Notes: generated from the sequence alone by a model not told the origin. Positions 1 through 9,936 are shown, counted from the stretch's first letter. The stretch is 35,056 nt of DNA from an uncultured bacterium (GCA_965369655.1 CBDUQR010000033.1:1-35056), one strand, 5' to 3'. Translations and numbers: made by a program.

Positions 1-68
1 TCGCGCCAGTTCGAGATGATTTCGTCTGCTCGATCGACCGTGAATCTGGAAATATTGTTCAAACTCAT
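1..68 (-). CDS. 5' end of a CDS running off the window edge (M(SL)NNISRFTVDRADEIISNWR...); product uncertain, possibly an RfaE/HldE-type heptose kinase N-terminus
   Basis: Open frame on the minus strand from ATG 68 or TTG 62, with GGAGG upstream; only about 20 codons are visible. Confidence 0.4.
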   Translation of the reverse strand, partial: MSLNNISRFTVDRADEIISNWR

Positions 69-87
69 CCTCCGACATTTGCTATCT

Positions 88-180
88 TGTGGGCGGCAGA
101 CGTCCTCGCAAGTCCTGAGTCTCGAAGGGTCTGCCCCGTCTTGCATTGGCATCGGCAGATGTGAACATCTGCCGTGCACA
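88..180. repeat. REP-like palindrome doublet (GGCAGACGTCCTCG..GTCTGCC + GGCAGATGTGAACATCTGCC), REPIN-like
   Basis: Two short hairpins about 25 bp apart; a homologous but MITE-filled copy lies at 2604-3036. Confidence 0.75.
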
Positions 181-191
181 GTGGTCGCACC

Positions 192-363
192 CGTCACCCC
201 TGCGACACACCATCGTCACCCCTGCGACACACCATCGTCACCCCTGCGGAGGCAGGGGTCCAGTCAAATCATTCAAGCCTGCAATATTTGCGCATTCTGA
301 ATCTGGTTCTGGATTCCCGCCTTTCCCTTAGGATCGGGATCAGCGACCGACGCGGGAATGACG
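192..363. repeat. CGTC-type palindromic repeat pair preceded by a 22-bp tandem repeat (CGTCACCCCTGCGACACACCAT x2 plus a partial third unit)
   Basis: Direct tandem units at 192-248, CCCCTGCGGAGGCAGGGG hairpin, and a GGATTCCCGC...CGCGGGAATGAC partner hairpin. Confidence 0.75.
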
Positions 364-455
364 AGGACCAGTAACAATATTCATCACAGGCTTTTCTCTT
401 GACATCGCGAGCAATTATATCCAAATTGGTCGAAAACTCCAAGGAGGATTTTCGG

Positions 456-773
456 ATGCAAAGGCAATCCATGCAGAAAATACAAGTACAGCTTGGCGAT
501 TCGATACCGGATGAGGTCTACTCGAATGTGCCGATCATCAACTTCACTCCAAACGAATTCATCCTCGATTTCGCTCGCTTCTCGCCCGGGATGACCAAGG
601 CGAAGATACACGCCAGAGTGATATTGAATCCCGCAACTGCGAAAGGGCTTCAGAAAACGCTCGAAATGGCGATGAAGAACTTCGAGACCAAATTCGGCCA
701 GGTTAAAATTTCCGGTCAGGAAGATCATGTGATCGGATTCGGAGTAGAGCGAGAGAACAACGAAGAGAAATGA
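456..773 (+). CDS. DUF3467-family small protein
   Basis: YSN..IINFTPNEFILDF...ARVILNP..AK.L motif typical of DUF3467; AAGGAGG RBS before ATG 456. Confidence 0.8.
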   Translation: MQRQSMQKIQVQLGDSIPDEVYSNVPIINFTPNEFILDFARFSPGMTKAKIHARVILNPATAKGLQKTLEMAMKNFETKFGQVKISGQEDHVIGFGVERENNEEK

Positions 774-812
774 CCTGTCGATTCTGATCAAACTGACCTG
801 AAAGGGCTGATA

Positions 813-2552
813 ATGGCTGACAAACCTGTGGGCGCGTTCACATTCATACTGCACTCGCACCTTCCGTATGTGCTGTCGCACGGTCGCTGGCCGCATGGCA
901 CCGACTGGCTTGTGGAGGCCGCTTCGGAGACTTACGTACCAATACTCATAATGCTGAACCAACTCGTGTCGGAGGGCATAAGTCCTCATATCACGATTGG
1001 CATCTCGCCGGTACTCTGCGAGCAACTTGCGCACGAAACTTTCAAGGAAGAGTTCCGCAACTATCTCGATATAAAGATTAAAGCGGCGGTCACTGACAAG
1101 GATACTTTTGCCCGGCATGGTCGCGATTCGATGGCTGCGCTTGCCGAGAGATGGCGTGTTTTCTTCACCGAGTCCAGAGCCAATTTCAATGAGAAGTACA
1201 ATGGCGATGTGATATCCGAGTTCAGACGCTTGCAGGATGAAGGTCACATCGAGATCATGACCTGTGCAGCCACACACGGCTACATGCCTCTGCTCTCCCA
1301 CGACACGACGATTCAGGCACAGGTCAAGCAGGCTGTGGAATCCTACAACCGCTATTTCGGACGAAAGCCGAGAGGCATCTGGCTGCCCGAATGCGCTTAC
1401 AGGCCACGATACAAATGGTCACCTCCGGTCGAGTCGTCGATCGGTCAGGACGCCTACGAACGCAAAGGAATTGAGGAATTTCTTTCTGAGAACGGTATCG
1501 AATATTTCATTGTCGATTCGGCGCTTCTGAAAGGTGGAAAGGCGATCGGGGTCTACATCGATCGTTTCGAGGCTCTGCAGAAACTGTGGGGCCAGTTCGA
1601 GAAATCATACAAACCGAGAGGTGAGGACAAGACTCGCTACCCGCAGGAACTACATCTGGTATCATCGGCGGTCGAAGGAAAGAAGCCCGTGGTGATTTTC
1701 ACCCGCGATCCTGACACCGGACTGCAGGTCTGGTCGGGCGAGCACGGTTATCCCGGCGACGGCAACTATCTCGACTTCCACAAAAAGCATTTCCCCGGCG
1801 GTCACAGATACTGGCGAGTGACATCGGCCAAGAGCGATCTCGCCGACAAGCTCGAGTATGATCCGGATATGGCCATGTCGAGAATCCCGGAAAATGCTTC
1901 ACACTTCGCGGGGCTCATCAGTGACACCCTCAAGGATTACCACAAGACGACAGGCAGGAATGGAATCCTGAGTGCGCCGTTTGACGCCGAACTGTTCGGT
2001 CACTGGTGGTCCGAGGGTGTGCAATTCCTCGGACAAGTCATGCGCGAAATACACGCTTCGCCCGATGTTGAACTGACAACCTGCTCGAAATTCCTCGATC
2101 AGCAGACGCCTACAGACGTCATCTCCCTACCGGAGGGATCATGGGGAGAAGGCGGCTATCATTACATCTGGCTGAACGAATGGACCGAGTGGACCTGGAA
2201 ACATATCTACGAAGATGAAGCTAAGATGTCGGAACTCGCGCGGAGATACGGCGACAGGGCCGACAACAAACTTCAGGATATACTGCGTCAGGCTGCGCGT
2301 GAACTGATGCTCGAAACAGCTTCCGACTGGCAGTTCCTTATTTCAACGTGGGCTGCACGCGATTACGCCGAGATGCGTCTCGCCGAACACCATGATGCTT
2401 TCGTGAAACTTGCGGAGATGGCCGAGAGATACGCCAGCGGTCAGCAATTGTCCGAATCGGACTGGACATACCTCGGCGACATCAAGAAACAGGACGACAT
2501 CTTCCCGGACATCCGGGTCGACTGGTTCGCTAAAGTCGACTACCCGGCGTAG
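813..2552 (+). CDS. Glycoside hydrolase family 57 1,4-alpha-glucan branching enzyme (DUF1957 C-terminal domain)
   Basis: LHSHLPYV, ETYVP, AATHGYMP, GIWLPECAY, PFDAELFGHWW.EG, EGSWG and SDWQF motifs. Confidence 0.93.
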   Translation: MADKPVGAFTFILHSHLPYVLSHGRWPHGTDWLVEAASETYVPILIMLNQLVSEGISPHITIGISPVLCEQLAHETFKEEFRNYLDIKIKAAVTDKDTFARHGRDSMAALAERWRVFFTESRANFNEKYNGDVISEFRRLQDEGHIEIMTCAATHGYMPLLSHDTTIQAQVKQAVESYNRYFGRKPRGIWLPECAYRPRYKWSPPVESSIGQDAYERKGIEEFLSENGIEYFIVDSALLKGGKAIGVYIDRFEALQKLWGQFEKSYKPRGEDKTRYPQELHLVSSAVEGKKPVVIFTRDPDTGLQVWSGEHGYPGDGNYLDFHKKHFPGGHRYWRVTSAKSDLADKLEYDPDMAMSRIPENASHFAGLISDTLKDYHKTTGRNGILSAPFDAELFGHWWSEGVQFLGQVMREIHASPDVELTTCSKFLDQQTPTDVISLPEGSWGEGGYHYIWLNEWTEWTWKHIYEDEAKMSELARRYGDRADNKLQDILRQAARELMLETASDWQFLISTWAARDYAEMRLAEHHDAFVKLAEMAERYASGQQLSESDWTYLGDIKKQDDIFPDIRVDWFAKVDYPA

Positions 2553-2622
2553 CGTCTCTCCAGCGTCAGTCCTAGATTGCTGGCAATGTCCAGACAAATG
2601 TACTGTGGGCTGCAGACGTCCT

Positions 2623-2821
2623 GAGGTTGTCTCAAAAGTGCTAATGAACTTGAGCTGGAAGCTGACTCTGTCGCTCCCGCGGAGGCGGGAGCCTATTTAA
2701 CGATAACCCATTCAATAGATTCCCGTGATATCCTGAGCACAGCGAAGGGCCTCCGCGGGAATGACGGTACTTTCTTTCGCAAACGTGACCACCAACCTTT
2801 CAGGCCTTTTGGGACAGCCTC
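2623..2821. mobile_element. Non-autonomous MITE (199 bp) with imperfect TIRs and a 4-bp TCCT target duplication
   Basis: Left GAGGTTGTCTCAAAAG, right CTTTTGGGACAGCCTC; TCCT at 2619-2622 and 2822-2825; a partial second copy starts at 32238. Confidence 0.8.
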
Positions 2822-2864
2822 TCCTCGTCTGCCCCATTCTTGCGCTGACATCGGCAGATGTGGA

Positions 2865-3019
2865 GAGATTGTCCCAAAAGTGGGTCGTGTTCCGAACCTG
2901 ATGAAATCAGGTGAGAAACGCGACACTTCTATCTTCTTATCTTGGAGTCGGGTTTCTTGCAGGCTCCGCCTGCTGCGGAACGCCGACCTACTGGAGAATG
3001 GGACTTATGGGACAACCCC
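2865..3019. mobile_element. Second MITE (155 bp) with related TIRs and a 4-bp TGGA target duplication
   Basis: Left GAGATTGTCCCAAAAGT, right ACTTATGGGACAACCCC; TGGA at 2861-2864 and 3020-3023; removing it restores the hairpin GGCAGATGTGGACATCTGCC. Confidence 0.8.
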
Positions 3020-3061
3020 TGGACATCTGCCGCGCACGGGAGCAATCTTGGTGGCCAATCA

Positions 3062-3282
3062 TGTCATTCCGGTGCAAACCGGAATCCATCTTCGCTTTCC
3101 TTCGATGGCTGATTTAGCTTCCTGCCTTTGCGGCGATGACCTGAATACAAAATGAAGATGGTTCCCGACTTTCGTCGGGATGACATAGTCTTGTAGGTCA
3201 ATCAGCCTGCATGATTGACATCTCTTCCAAGTGTCAAGCGCCCTTCGCAAGTCTCGGGGCAGGCGAGCGCGCTTGACCTACG
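3062..3282. repeat. Cluster of REP-like palindromes (CGTC and GTAG types) between convergent genes
   Basis: GTCATTCCGG..CCGGAAT, TCCCGACTTTCGTCGGGATGAC, GTAGGTCAATC..GATTGAC and GTCAAGCG..CGCTTGACCTAC. Confidence 0.7.
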
Positions 3283-3308
3283 CGGATACGGAGTCATCAG
3301 TGCAACAA

Positions 3309-5060
3309 TTATTCGAGTGTAATCGTGATCCCCCATCTCGCCGGATCGTCAGGTCTGGTGGAGTTCCAGTTCCCGAATGAATGAGAATCGTCGGTAATAT
3401 AGAAGGCCTCGTATGAGCCCTTGTCGAGATGAATGATGTCATCAAACACGCGGTTTTTCTTTGCGCCGCCTGCGTGACGAGTCTTCCTGTATTTCATCTC
3501 CCAGACTACGCGTCCGGTCCTGGCGTCCTCGATCCAGCTGTAGTCATACATCTCGCTACGAGTCCCCTCTCCGATGGAGTATATCCTGATATCTGAAGAC
3601 TTATCGAGTGTGAACTCGCGGCTCTCCTCCTCGTAATCGCCAACCTCAATTATACTCACGAGCGTATTTTCGCCCAGCGCGGGACGGTCTGATACAACGA
3701 AAATCGACTTGTCGAAATCGTCGCCGATTCCATAAATAGTAACGCCATACTGCCGCTGGTCTATGGGAGGTGATAAATTCCAACGTCTGTAGGAGTGGGA
3801 TCCATCGGAAACATAATGCAGGACGTAGCTACCCGCCTCAAACTCTGCATTCCCGACGAATCGCCTGTTCTTGGTGGAACCTCCGGCGTGCTCTGTGTTG
3901 CGTTGAGTCATTTCCCACACGCGGTCAAATGAGTTCATATCCTCGATCCAGGCGTAGTCTGAGAACCCGTCGCCGTACTTGTCATACTCACCGATTGCAT
4001 AGATGTGCAGAGTCGCCGGTTTCTCGATAGTGAAATATCGAGTCTCATACTCATCGTTCCCGACGCGCGTGATGGAAACCAGCTCTCGCGACGACTGATC
4101 GTCTGTGTATGGTTTGACCGATGAACGGCTCGCTGCATCTTTCACCGAGATGGTTATCCCCCATCCATAGGGATCGTGGGGCGACGGCATATTCCAGTCC
4201 TCGGGTGAGTGAGAATCATCGGTGGAATAGTAAACGATATAGTTGCCTTTCGGCAGAGTGATATCTTCATTTGCGACCCTGTTCTTGCTGGCTCCGCCTG
4301 CCGGTTCTGTGTTCCACCGCTCCATCATCCAGACTTTTTCTCGAGTGTCGGCGTCGATGATCCACCCATAATCGACCATAATCCTGTCGCTCTTCGAGTA
4401 CTCTCCGATCGCATAAATACTCAGAGGCATTTCTCTGTCGAGCGTGAAACCTTCGCTCTCGTAGTAGTCGTCGTCAACAGCGGCAAGGTGAATGATCGTA
4501 TTGTCGTCTCTGGTTCTCGGCCTTGCAATGGTACGGAATGCATCACTCTCGGTAGTAAGCTTGAATTCATACTCCTCGACATAACGGTCCTTGCCTGAAA
4601 ACGCCTCTCCGAGTACAACAATGAGATCTTTCAGGCCGTCGACCTCCAGATTTGTACTGAAAGCATACATGTGTCCTGAAAAGAAATATGCCGTGTATGA
4701 ACCCGGCTGCAGCTTTATCTCTCCACTGAACTCTCGCAGATCACTCCGAGGAGTACCGCGATCAGTGTACTCATACTCCATCAGCCATTCCAACTGGCGT
4801 TTGCCGTTGTTGAATATCCAGCCGTACGCATGGAGCTCATCCGATTTCCTGCTGCCCGCTCCGGTCGCCTCGATTTTCACCGTGAGCGGAGCGGTCACCT
4901 CGAATGTTCTCTCTTCGAGATCGTCCCCCCTCATATCGTCGAAATGTACAATGGTATTGATATCCGCCTGTGCCACTGCAGTGAAGATCAGCAGCATCCA
5001 CCCGAGAAAAAACGCTGCCACAGCCGCTATGATCCAGCCCTTCAGGCTATCCATACTCAA
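3309..5060 (-). CDS. Secreted hypothetical protein with four tandem ~130-aa homologous domains
   Basis: N-terminal signal/hydrophobic segment; recurring motif IYAIGE...DY.WI.D..T...VW.M....T..AGG..KNR...G.Y...Y..D.SHS...WN. Confidence 0.85.
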   Translation of the reverse strand: MSMDSLKGWIIAAVAAFFLGWMLLIFTAVAQADINTIVHFDDMRGDDLEERTFEVTAPLTVKIEATGAGSRKSDELHAYGWIFNNGKRQLEWLMEYEYTDRGTPRSDLREFSGEIKLQPGSYTAYFFSGHMYAFSTNLEVDGLKDLIVVLGEAFSGKDRYVEEYEFKLTTESDAFRTIARPRTRDDNTIIHLAAVDDDYYESEGFTLDREMPLSIYAIGEYSKSDRIMVDYGWIIDADTREKVWMMERWNTEPAGGASKNRVANEDITLPKGNYIVYYSTDDSHSPEDWNMPSPHDPYGWGITISVKDAASRSSVKPYTDDQSSRELVSITRVGNDEYETRYFTIEKPATLHIYAIGEYDKYGDGFSDYAWIEDMNSFDRVWEMTQRNTEHAGGSTKNRRFVGNAEFEAGSYVLHYVSDGSHSYRRWNLSPPIDQRQYGVTIYGIGDDFDKSIFVVSDRPALGENTLVSIIEVGDYEEESREFTLDKSSDIRIYSIGEGTRSEMYDYSWIEDARTGRVVWEMKYRKTRHAGGAKKNRVFDDIIHLDKGSYEAFYITDDSHSFGNWNSTRPDDPARWGITITLE

Positions 5061-5178
5061 ACCTCCTGAGAATTACAACACAGCACTCAGTTCGCGTCCG
5101 TTCATAGAATACGCGGACTCGTCTGCGATGTTGCAAGTTTCAGATGGTCGGCCTGTAATGGACCAGATCATCCACAAA

Positions 5179-6531
5179 TCAAAAGTCGGTCTTTCCCGTA
5201 AACTTGAACTTCCCGATTCTCATTGCGGGAACGCACATCGATGCTACGCCTCCCCACCAGGGAGCCACCAGCTTTCTCTCGCTGGTTATGCCGAGAACAT
5301 TCGAGAAGACATCAAGCATACTGTCGGTGAATCTCAGATTCCTGACCCCGCCATTCAGCTTGCCGTTCTTGATTCGCAGCAAGCCGTCGCGAGTCATGCC
5401 GGTCATCAGTGCGACTCTCGGATCGAGAAATCCGTTGATATAGTGAAAACGCGTCACGAGAAGCCCGTCTTCGACCTCGGCGATCAGTTCGTCCAGAGTC
5501 GAATCACCTGCTGCAAGCTGGATGTTCAATGGAATGGCGCCTTCGGCTGATTCCTCGGGAGGCAGGCAGTGACCAGTCGATTCCAGACCGGTCCTCTTCG
5601 CCGACAGGAGGCTGTGCACAACACCCTTCGCGACTCCTTTCTCCACAAGCTCGACTCTCTTTCGCGGGACGCCCTCGAAATCAAATGCGAGGCCGGGATG
5701 CTCCGGGTCAAGCGCGTCATCAAAGATCGAAACGTTCTCACCCATGACTTTTTCACCCTCGCGGCCTGCGATGAACGATGTTTTTTCCTCATACGATTTC
5801 GATCCGAATGCCACGAAATCGAGCCACTCGAAAAGCTCCCCAATCGCAGCGGGTTCGAGAATGACCTCATACTCCCCCGGCTTGGCATCTTTGGGATTCC
5901 TCGACTTCCGGCACTTCTTCACAGCGATTCCAGCCAGTTCACCGACGTTTATACCGTCTACTGTTCCGGATGCGCTCGCAGCATAGCCGGACGAATCATC
6001 TCCGGTCGCGATGATATTGATTGTCGCAGAAGTATATGGCTGATAGCATCGCACGCCATTTGAATTCAGCACTGCGACTTCGCCGGAATCAGTGGAAAAC
6101 GCGCCCGCCATGTCGTAATCATACTTCGCACCCTTTGTGAAAACTCGTTTCAGTTTGGAGGCGCGCTGTTTCGGAGAAAACTTCTCTGTCCTGGGATCAT
6201 GGGTGTCGAGTTTCGCGTACTCCGACGGCTGTGCAAGACCATCGAAATCGGGATTCGGTCTCTGTCTTTTGGCGATCTCGTATGCCGACCTGAGTGCCCT
6301 CTTCAGGTCGGTCAGCGTAAACGAATTGCACGACGCCACACCGATCTTGTTGCCGATTGCAACGCGAAATGCGACCCTTGTGTTTTCGAGCGCAACGTTC
6401 TGGTGTATGAACGAATTGGCGAATCGAGTGAGCCCAATGTTCGATCCTGTAACTACGGCCTCAACCTGATCGGCCTTCGATGATGCCAGGACTTTCTCGA
6501 TAGTCGTGAATATCTTGTCTTGCCCGATCAT
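5179..6531 (-). CDS. TldD/PmbA family protein (PmbA/TldE-like partner)
   Basis: TRFANSFIHQN, PGEYEVILEPAA, FDFEGVP, TRFHY and TGMTRDG motifs; start ATG 6531 overlaps the tldD stop (ATGA). Confidence 0.9.
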   Translation of the reverse strand: MIGQDKIFTTIEKVLASSKADQVEAVVTGSNIGLTRFANSFIHQNVALENTRVAFRVAIGNKIGVASCNSFTLTDLKRALRSAYEIAKRQRPNPDFDGLAQPSEYAKLDTHDPRTEKFSPKQRASKLKRVFTKGAKYDYDMAGAFSTDSGEVAVLNSNGVRCYQPYTSATINIIATGDDSSGYAASASGTVDGINVGELAGIAVKKCRKSRNPKDAKPGEYEVILEPAAIGELFEWLDFVAFGSKSYEEKTSFIAGREGEKVMGENVSIFDDALDPEHPGLAFDFEGVPRKRVELVEKGVAKGVVHSLLSAKRTGLESTGHCLPPEESAEGAIPLNIQLAAGDSTLDELIAEVEDGLLVTRFHYINGFLDPRVALMTGMTRDGLLRIKNGKLNGGVRNLRFTDSMLDVFSNVLGITSERKLVAPWWGGVASMCVPAMRIGKFKFTGKTDF

Positions 6532-7970
6532 TTGCTCACCCCCACTTCGATCTTTCTGAATCTTGCCGGAGATGTTCCATGCGCGACGTGAGCCGTCTGC
6601 ATTGGCTCGCCCTTCCCGCAATTCGGAATGCCCCAGACATGCCAGTGGTTCTTATCGCAAATTGCATCACACGAATTCCAGAACTCGGGCGTCATCCCTG
6701 TATAAAGTGGATTCTTGTACATCTGTCCCTTCTTGCCGTTCTCGATTTTCCAGGCGACTTCGAGACCGAACTGGAAATTGAGTCTCTTGTCGTCAATCGA
6801 CCAACTCTTGTTCGTCTCGACGAAATACCCGTCGTTCGTGTCGGCCATGAGATCATCGAGAGAAACATCACCCGGTTCGAGATTGATATTGGTCATCCTG
6901 ATCAGCGGGATCGCGCCCCAGCCATCGGCTCGCATAGCTCCGTTCGACCGCTGATTGACCACTGGTGCAGTCTCGCGCGATGTAAGATAACCGACGAATT
7001 TCCCATTTTGGATGACGGGCGAGCGCTGGGCGCGGACACCCTCGTCGTCATAGCCGAATGTACCGAGCGCACCCGGAATAGTCGCATCGGCATTGATATT
7101 CACGATGTCTGATCCGTACTGGAGCTTGCCGAGTTGATCGATCGTCAGGAACGATCCGCCCGCCAGTGAGATCTCCGTACCGAGCACGCGGTCGAGCTCA
7201 ATCGGGTGTCCGCACGATTCATGAATCTGAAGCGCCATTTGTGAACTGTTGATTATGATATCTTCGCGTCCCGATGGCATCGGCGGAGCGGTCAGGAGAG
7301 CTATAGCTTCCTCCCTGATCCGTTCGGCATTATCGAGCAACGCCATATTCTCGACTATTTCATACCCGCCAGTACCGTAATCCCCGCCGAACGATGTCGG
7401 AAACGAACGACGTTGAGTTTCGCCGTCAGCGAGAGCGGTGGCGGCATAACCTGATCCCGATTCAAGTATATCCTGCTCGATGACCGAACCCTCGGTCGAT
7501 ATGAATATCTTGTTGATTCGAGTGAAACCCATAGAGGCTTCAGCAGTATGGATTTTCGAGTTCTTTCTCAGGACTTCGCAGATTCCGAGCAACAGTTTGA
7601 GCTTTTTGTCGAGCCGAACCTTGAACGGGTCAACTGCGAACGCTGTCGTGAACTGATCCTGACACACCTCGACTTCCGCGAGCCTGACGTTCTGTTTCTT
7701 TGTCATCGCCGAAGCCTTCGCTACCTGGAGCGCCCTGTTGGCGATCTTGCGGAAACTGGCTGGCTTCATCGTCGAGCTTGCTGCAAAGCCCCACGCACCA
7801 TCGGCAATAACTCTGATACCGAAACCCTGATCGATCTGACGATTGATCGAATCGACATTCTCGTTCTTGACCTGGATACGTTCGGATTCAGTCCTGACGA
7901 ACCGGATGTCCGCGTAGTCCACGCCCTTGGATTTCAGATACTCAATTGCGTCGAGAAGTTTATCTTTCAA
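6528..7970 (-). CDS. tldD: TldD family metalloprotease
   Basis: HESCGHPIELDR metal motif, YDDEGV, PLIRMTN, CGKGEP; TTG start with GGAGG RBS. Confidence 0.92.
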   Translation of the reverse strand: MKDKLLDAIEYLKSKGVDYADIRFVRTESERIQVKNENVDSINRQIDQGFGIRVIADGAWGFAASSTMKPASFRKIANRALQVAKASAMTKKQNVRLAEVEVCQDQFTTAFAVDPFKVRLDKKLKLLLGICEVLRKNSKIHTAEASMGFTRINKIFISTEGSVIEQDILESGSGYAATALADGETQRRSFPTSFGGDYGTGGYEIVENMALLDNAERIREEAIALLTAPPMPSGREDIIINSSQMALQIHESCGHPIELDRVLGTEISLAGGSFLTIDQLGKLQYGSDIVNINADATIPGALGTFGYDDEGVRAQRSPVIQNGKFVGYLTSRETAPVVNQRSNGAMRADGWGAIPLIRMTNINLEPGDVSLDDLMADTNDGYFVETNKSWSIDDKRLNFQFGLEVAWKIENGKKGQMYKNPLYTGMTPEFWNSCDAICDKNHWHVWGIPNCGKGEPMQTAHVAHGTSPARFRKIEVGVSK

Positions 7971-8089
7971 GAGAACCTCCTTCCGTGGAACAACTGTGAT
8001 TAATTGCTAATGTAGCAGCCAGCCGGAGCCAAGTCAATACTGATGTCACGATTGTCAAGGCAAAATAGAAATGTCCTATTCTTAGCAAA

Positions 8090-8216
8090 GTGTAGCTCAC
8101 GCCCACTCGGGGCGTGAGTCTTAATCAGAAATCGTCACGCCTCCCTTCGCCAAGCTCAGGACTTTGCAAGCAGGCGTGACCTACAAGACTACTCAACTAC
8201 TCAACTACTCAACTCC
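8090..8216. repeat. GTAG-type REP doublet followed by an 8-mer tandem (ACTCAACT x3)
   Basis: GTAGCTCACGCCC..GGGCGTGAG and GTCACGCC..GGCGTGACCTAC hairpins. Confidence 0.65.
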
Positions 8217-8286
8217 GTGACTGCTCTTTTCAGATCGTTGTTCAAATTGATCGAGTCGGGCGACTTTCCTCTTTCATCGAAATCTG

Positions 8287-8985
8287 TCAATCAACCTTTC
8301 CGTTTCTTCTCTTTAAGTTCTTTTTCCTCCGGTCCTGAAGCACTTGTGGGGTTAATTGTACCATATCTAACGACATGAGGTACATTGAGGTATGTCCATT
8401 TCTATAGCCTATACTCTTCGCTGCAATAGAGTAAGCTCTGTTAAGTTTGTTATCGACTTCCGAAAGCTGAATGGCTTTTTGAAGGTCCTGCACAGCCCCA
8501 TCATTGTCACCCGTGGCGTCTCTTGAGTTTGAGCGCAAGAAATATAAATTGCAATCTTCGGGCTTCAATGATATTGCTCTGGTGAAATCTTCAATCGCTT
8601 CAATATCAAAATCAAGTCCTTGTAAGCATTGTGCGCGTAAACCATATGCTTCATCATTAAAGCCACATTCAATAGCTTCATCAAAACATGCTAGCGCCTT
8701 CTGATTTTGTTTTTCAAGATAATAGGCTTCTCCCTTTACAAAGGCATCACAACCGGCAAGCATTTTTGCATGATCCTGCATGGCGGCCTCTGAAGTCTCT
8801 TGTGTTTTGTTGAAGAAGCCGATCTTTTCCCATATTAACACCAAGACACCGCCAACTATCAAACAGACCCAAGCACATCCGAGAAACCACCCTAAATTGG
8901 GAAAACCATGAAAAAAATATGTCCCCACCATTAGGGATATCCATATAAACAGGGTTTGCCAATTTTGCTTGATTTCAGTTTTCAT
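8287..8985 (-). CDS. Membrane-anchored TPR-repeat protein (AT-rich, accessory)
   Basis: Two N-terminal hydrophobic helices; TPR-like AIEDFTRAISLKP..YFLRS..G..DGAVQDLQKAI. Confidence 0.8.
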   Translation of the reverse strand: MKTEIKQNWQTLFIWISLMVGTYFFHGFPNLGWFLGCAWVCLIVGGVLVLIWEKIGFFNKTQETSEAAMQDHAKMLAGCDAFVKGEAYYLEKQNQKALACFDEAIECGFNDEAYGLRAQCLQGLDFDIEAIEDFTRAISLKPEDCNLYFLRSNSRDATGDNDGAVQDLQKAIQLSEVDNKLNRAYSIAAKSIGYRNGHTSMYLMSLDMVQLTPQVLQDRRKKNLKRRNGKVD

Positions 8986-9038
8986 ACTTGCTTTGCTCTA
9001 TCCTTCAAGATCGTGCCCGGCTCTACGCTTTTGGTGGG

Positions 9039-9857
9039 CTACTGGCTCCTTGATTTCTCAGACGCCTGCTTCATCGTATCGAGCTTGTTTCTGAACGTTT
9101 GCATTGCCCTAAACTGCTTTCCCCAGAACTCCTGGGATAGCGCATCGACAATATTAACGTACGCCTCGAAAAAGGCATGAAGCGGCATGTCCAAATCCTC
9201 CAACTTAGGTCGAGCCGACCAACAGTTATGAACAGGGTCGTAGAATTCATACAGAGTGAACTGCGAAGAATGTACATACTTCGAAAACAGATCAAAGACA
9301 GTCTTGTAATAATCCCCCATGCCTGCTTTCTTGGCAAGTTCGTCCATCTTTTGGCCAAGCCAAAAATCATTGTATTTCTTGTCATGATACTTCAGGTTGA
9401 GATTTTTCAATTCTCCACTGAACACCTGTATTGAATCCAGGTCACCTCTCTCATTTGCTATGCTAAGCGCATGATGAATTCCTTTTCTCTGTCGAAATCT
9501 GAGATAGGCAAAGAACTCCTCGGAAAGGCTCTCCATGTCAGATGCTCCATGTTGCTGAATATATCTCAATTGAATGAGTGCTTCGACCACCGGCCTAGCA
9601 AGTATGAAAGATTCTACTTTGTGTCCGATGCTTGCGACCAACCACAGGCTCACTCCGTGAGAAGTGCTCTTGAAGAACAGATACAAAAGAAATCGCCTAA
9701 AGGCACTCTCATCCTCTGGTATCAACCGAGCCTCATTCAGTTCATCGATTACCCTATCGGAAAAGAGAAGCAAGTCCCTTGTTAGATTCAAGTAATCCTT
9801 AAATTGCTCATACACCTGTTGATCGACGGGTTTTAATATCTGATCTAGTGCGAGCAT
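9039..9857 (-). CDS. DUF5677-like (HEPN-like helical) protein, AT-rich
   Basis: ARPVVEA and Y..VF..FSKYVHSS motifs resemble DUF5677; AAAGGAAG RBS before ATG 9857. Confidence 0.6.
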   Translation of the reverse strand: MLALDQILKPVDQQVYEQFKDYLNLTRDLLLFSDRVIDELNEARLIPEDESAFRRFLLYLFFKSTSHGVSLWLVASIGHKVESFILARPVVEALIQLRYIQQHGASDMESLSEEFFAYLRFRQRKGIHHALSIANERGDLDSIQVFSGELKNLNLKYHDKKYNDFWLGQKMDELAKKAGMGDYYKTVFDLFSKYVHSSQFTLYEFYDPVHNCWSARPKLEDLDMPLHAFFEAYVNIVDALSQEFWGKQFRAMQTFRNKLDTMKQASEKSRSQ

Positions 9858-9936
9858 GTGACTTCCTTTGGAATCCGACCACTGGTACCCCACCCAGAGT
9901 GCAACGTCGGGTGGGTTTATGTCTCAAAATATATAA

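Noticed and set aside
192-250. 22-bp repeats as a mini CRISPR array
   Set aside because: Units are directly tandem with no unique spacers, and they derive from the adjacent palindromic repeat
8191-8216. ACTCAACT x3 as a phase-variation tract
   Set aside because: Only three units, intergenic downstream of a stop, with no evident promoter or ORF context
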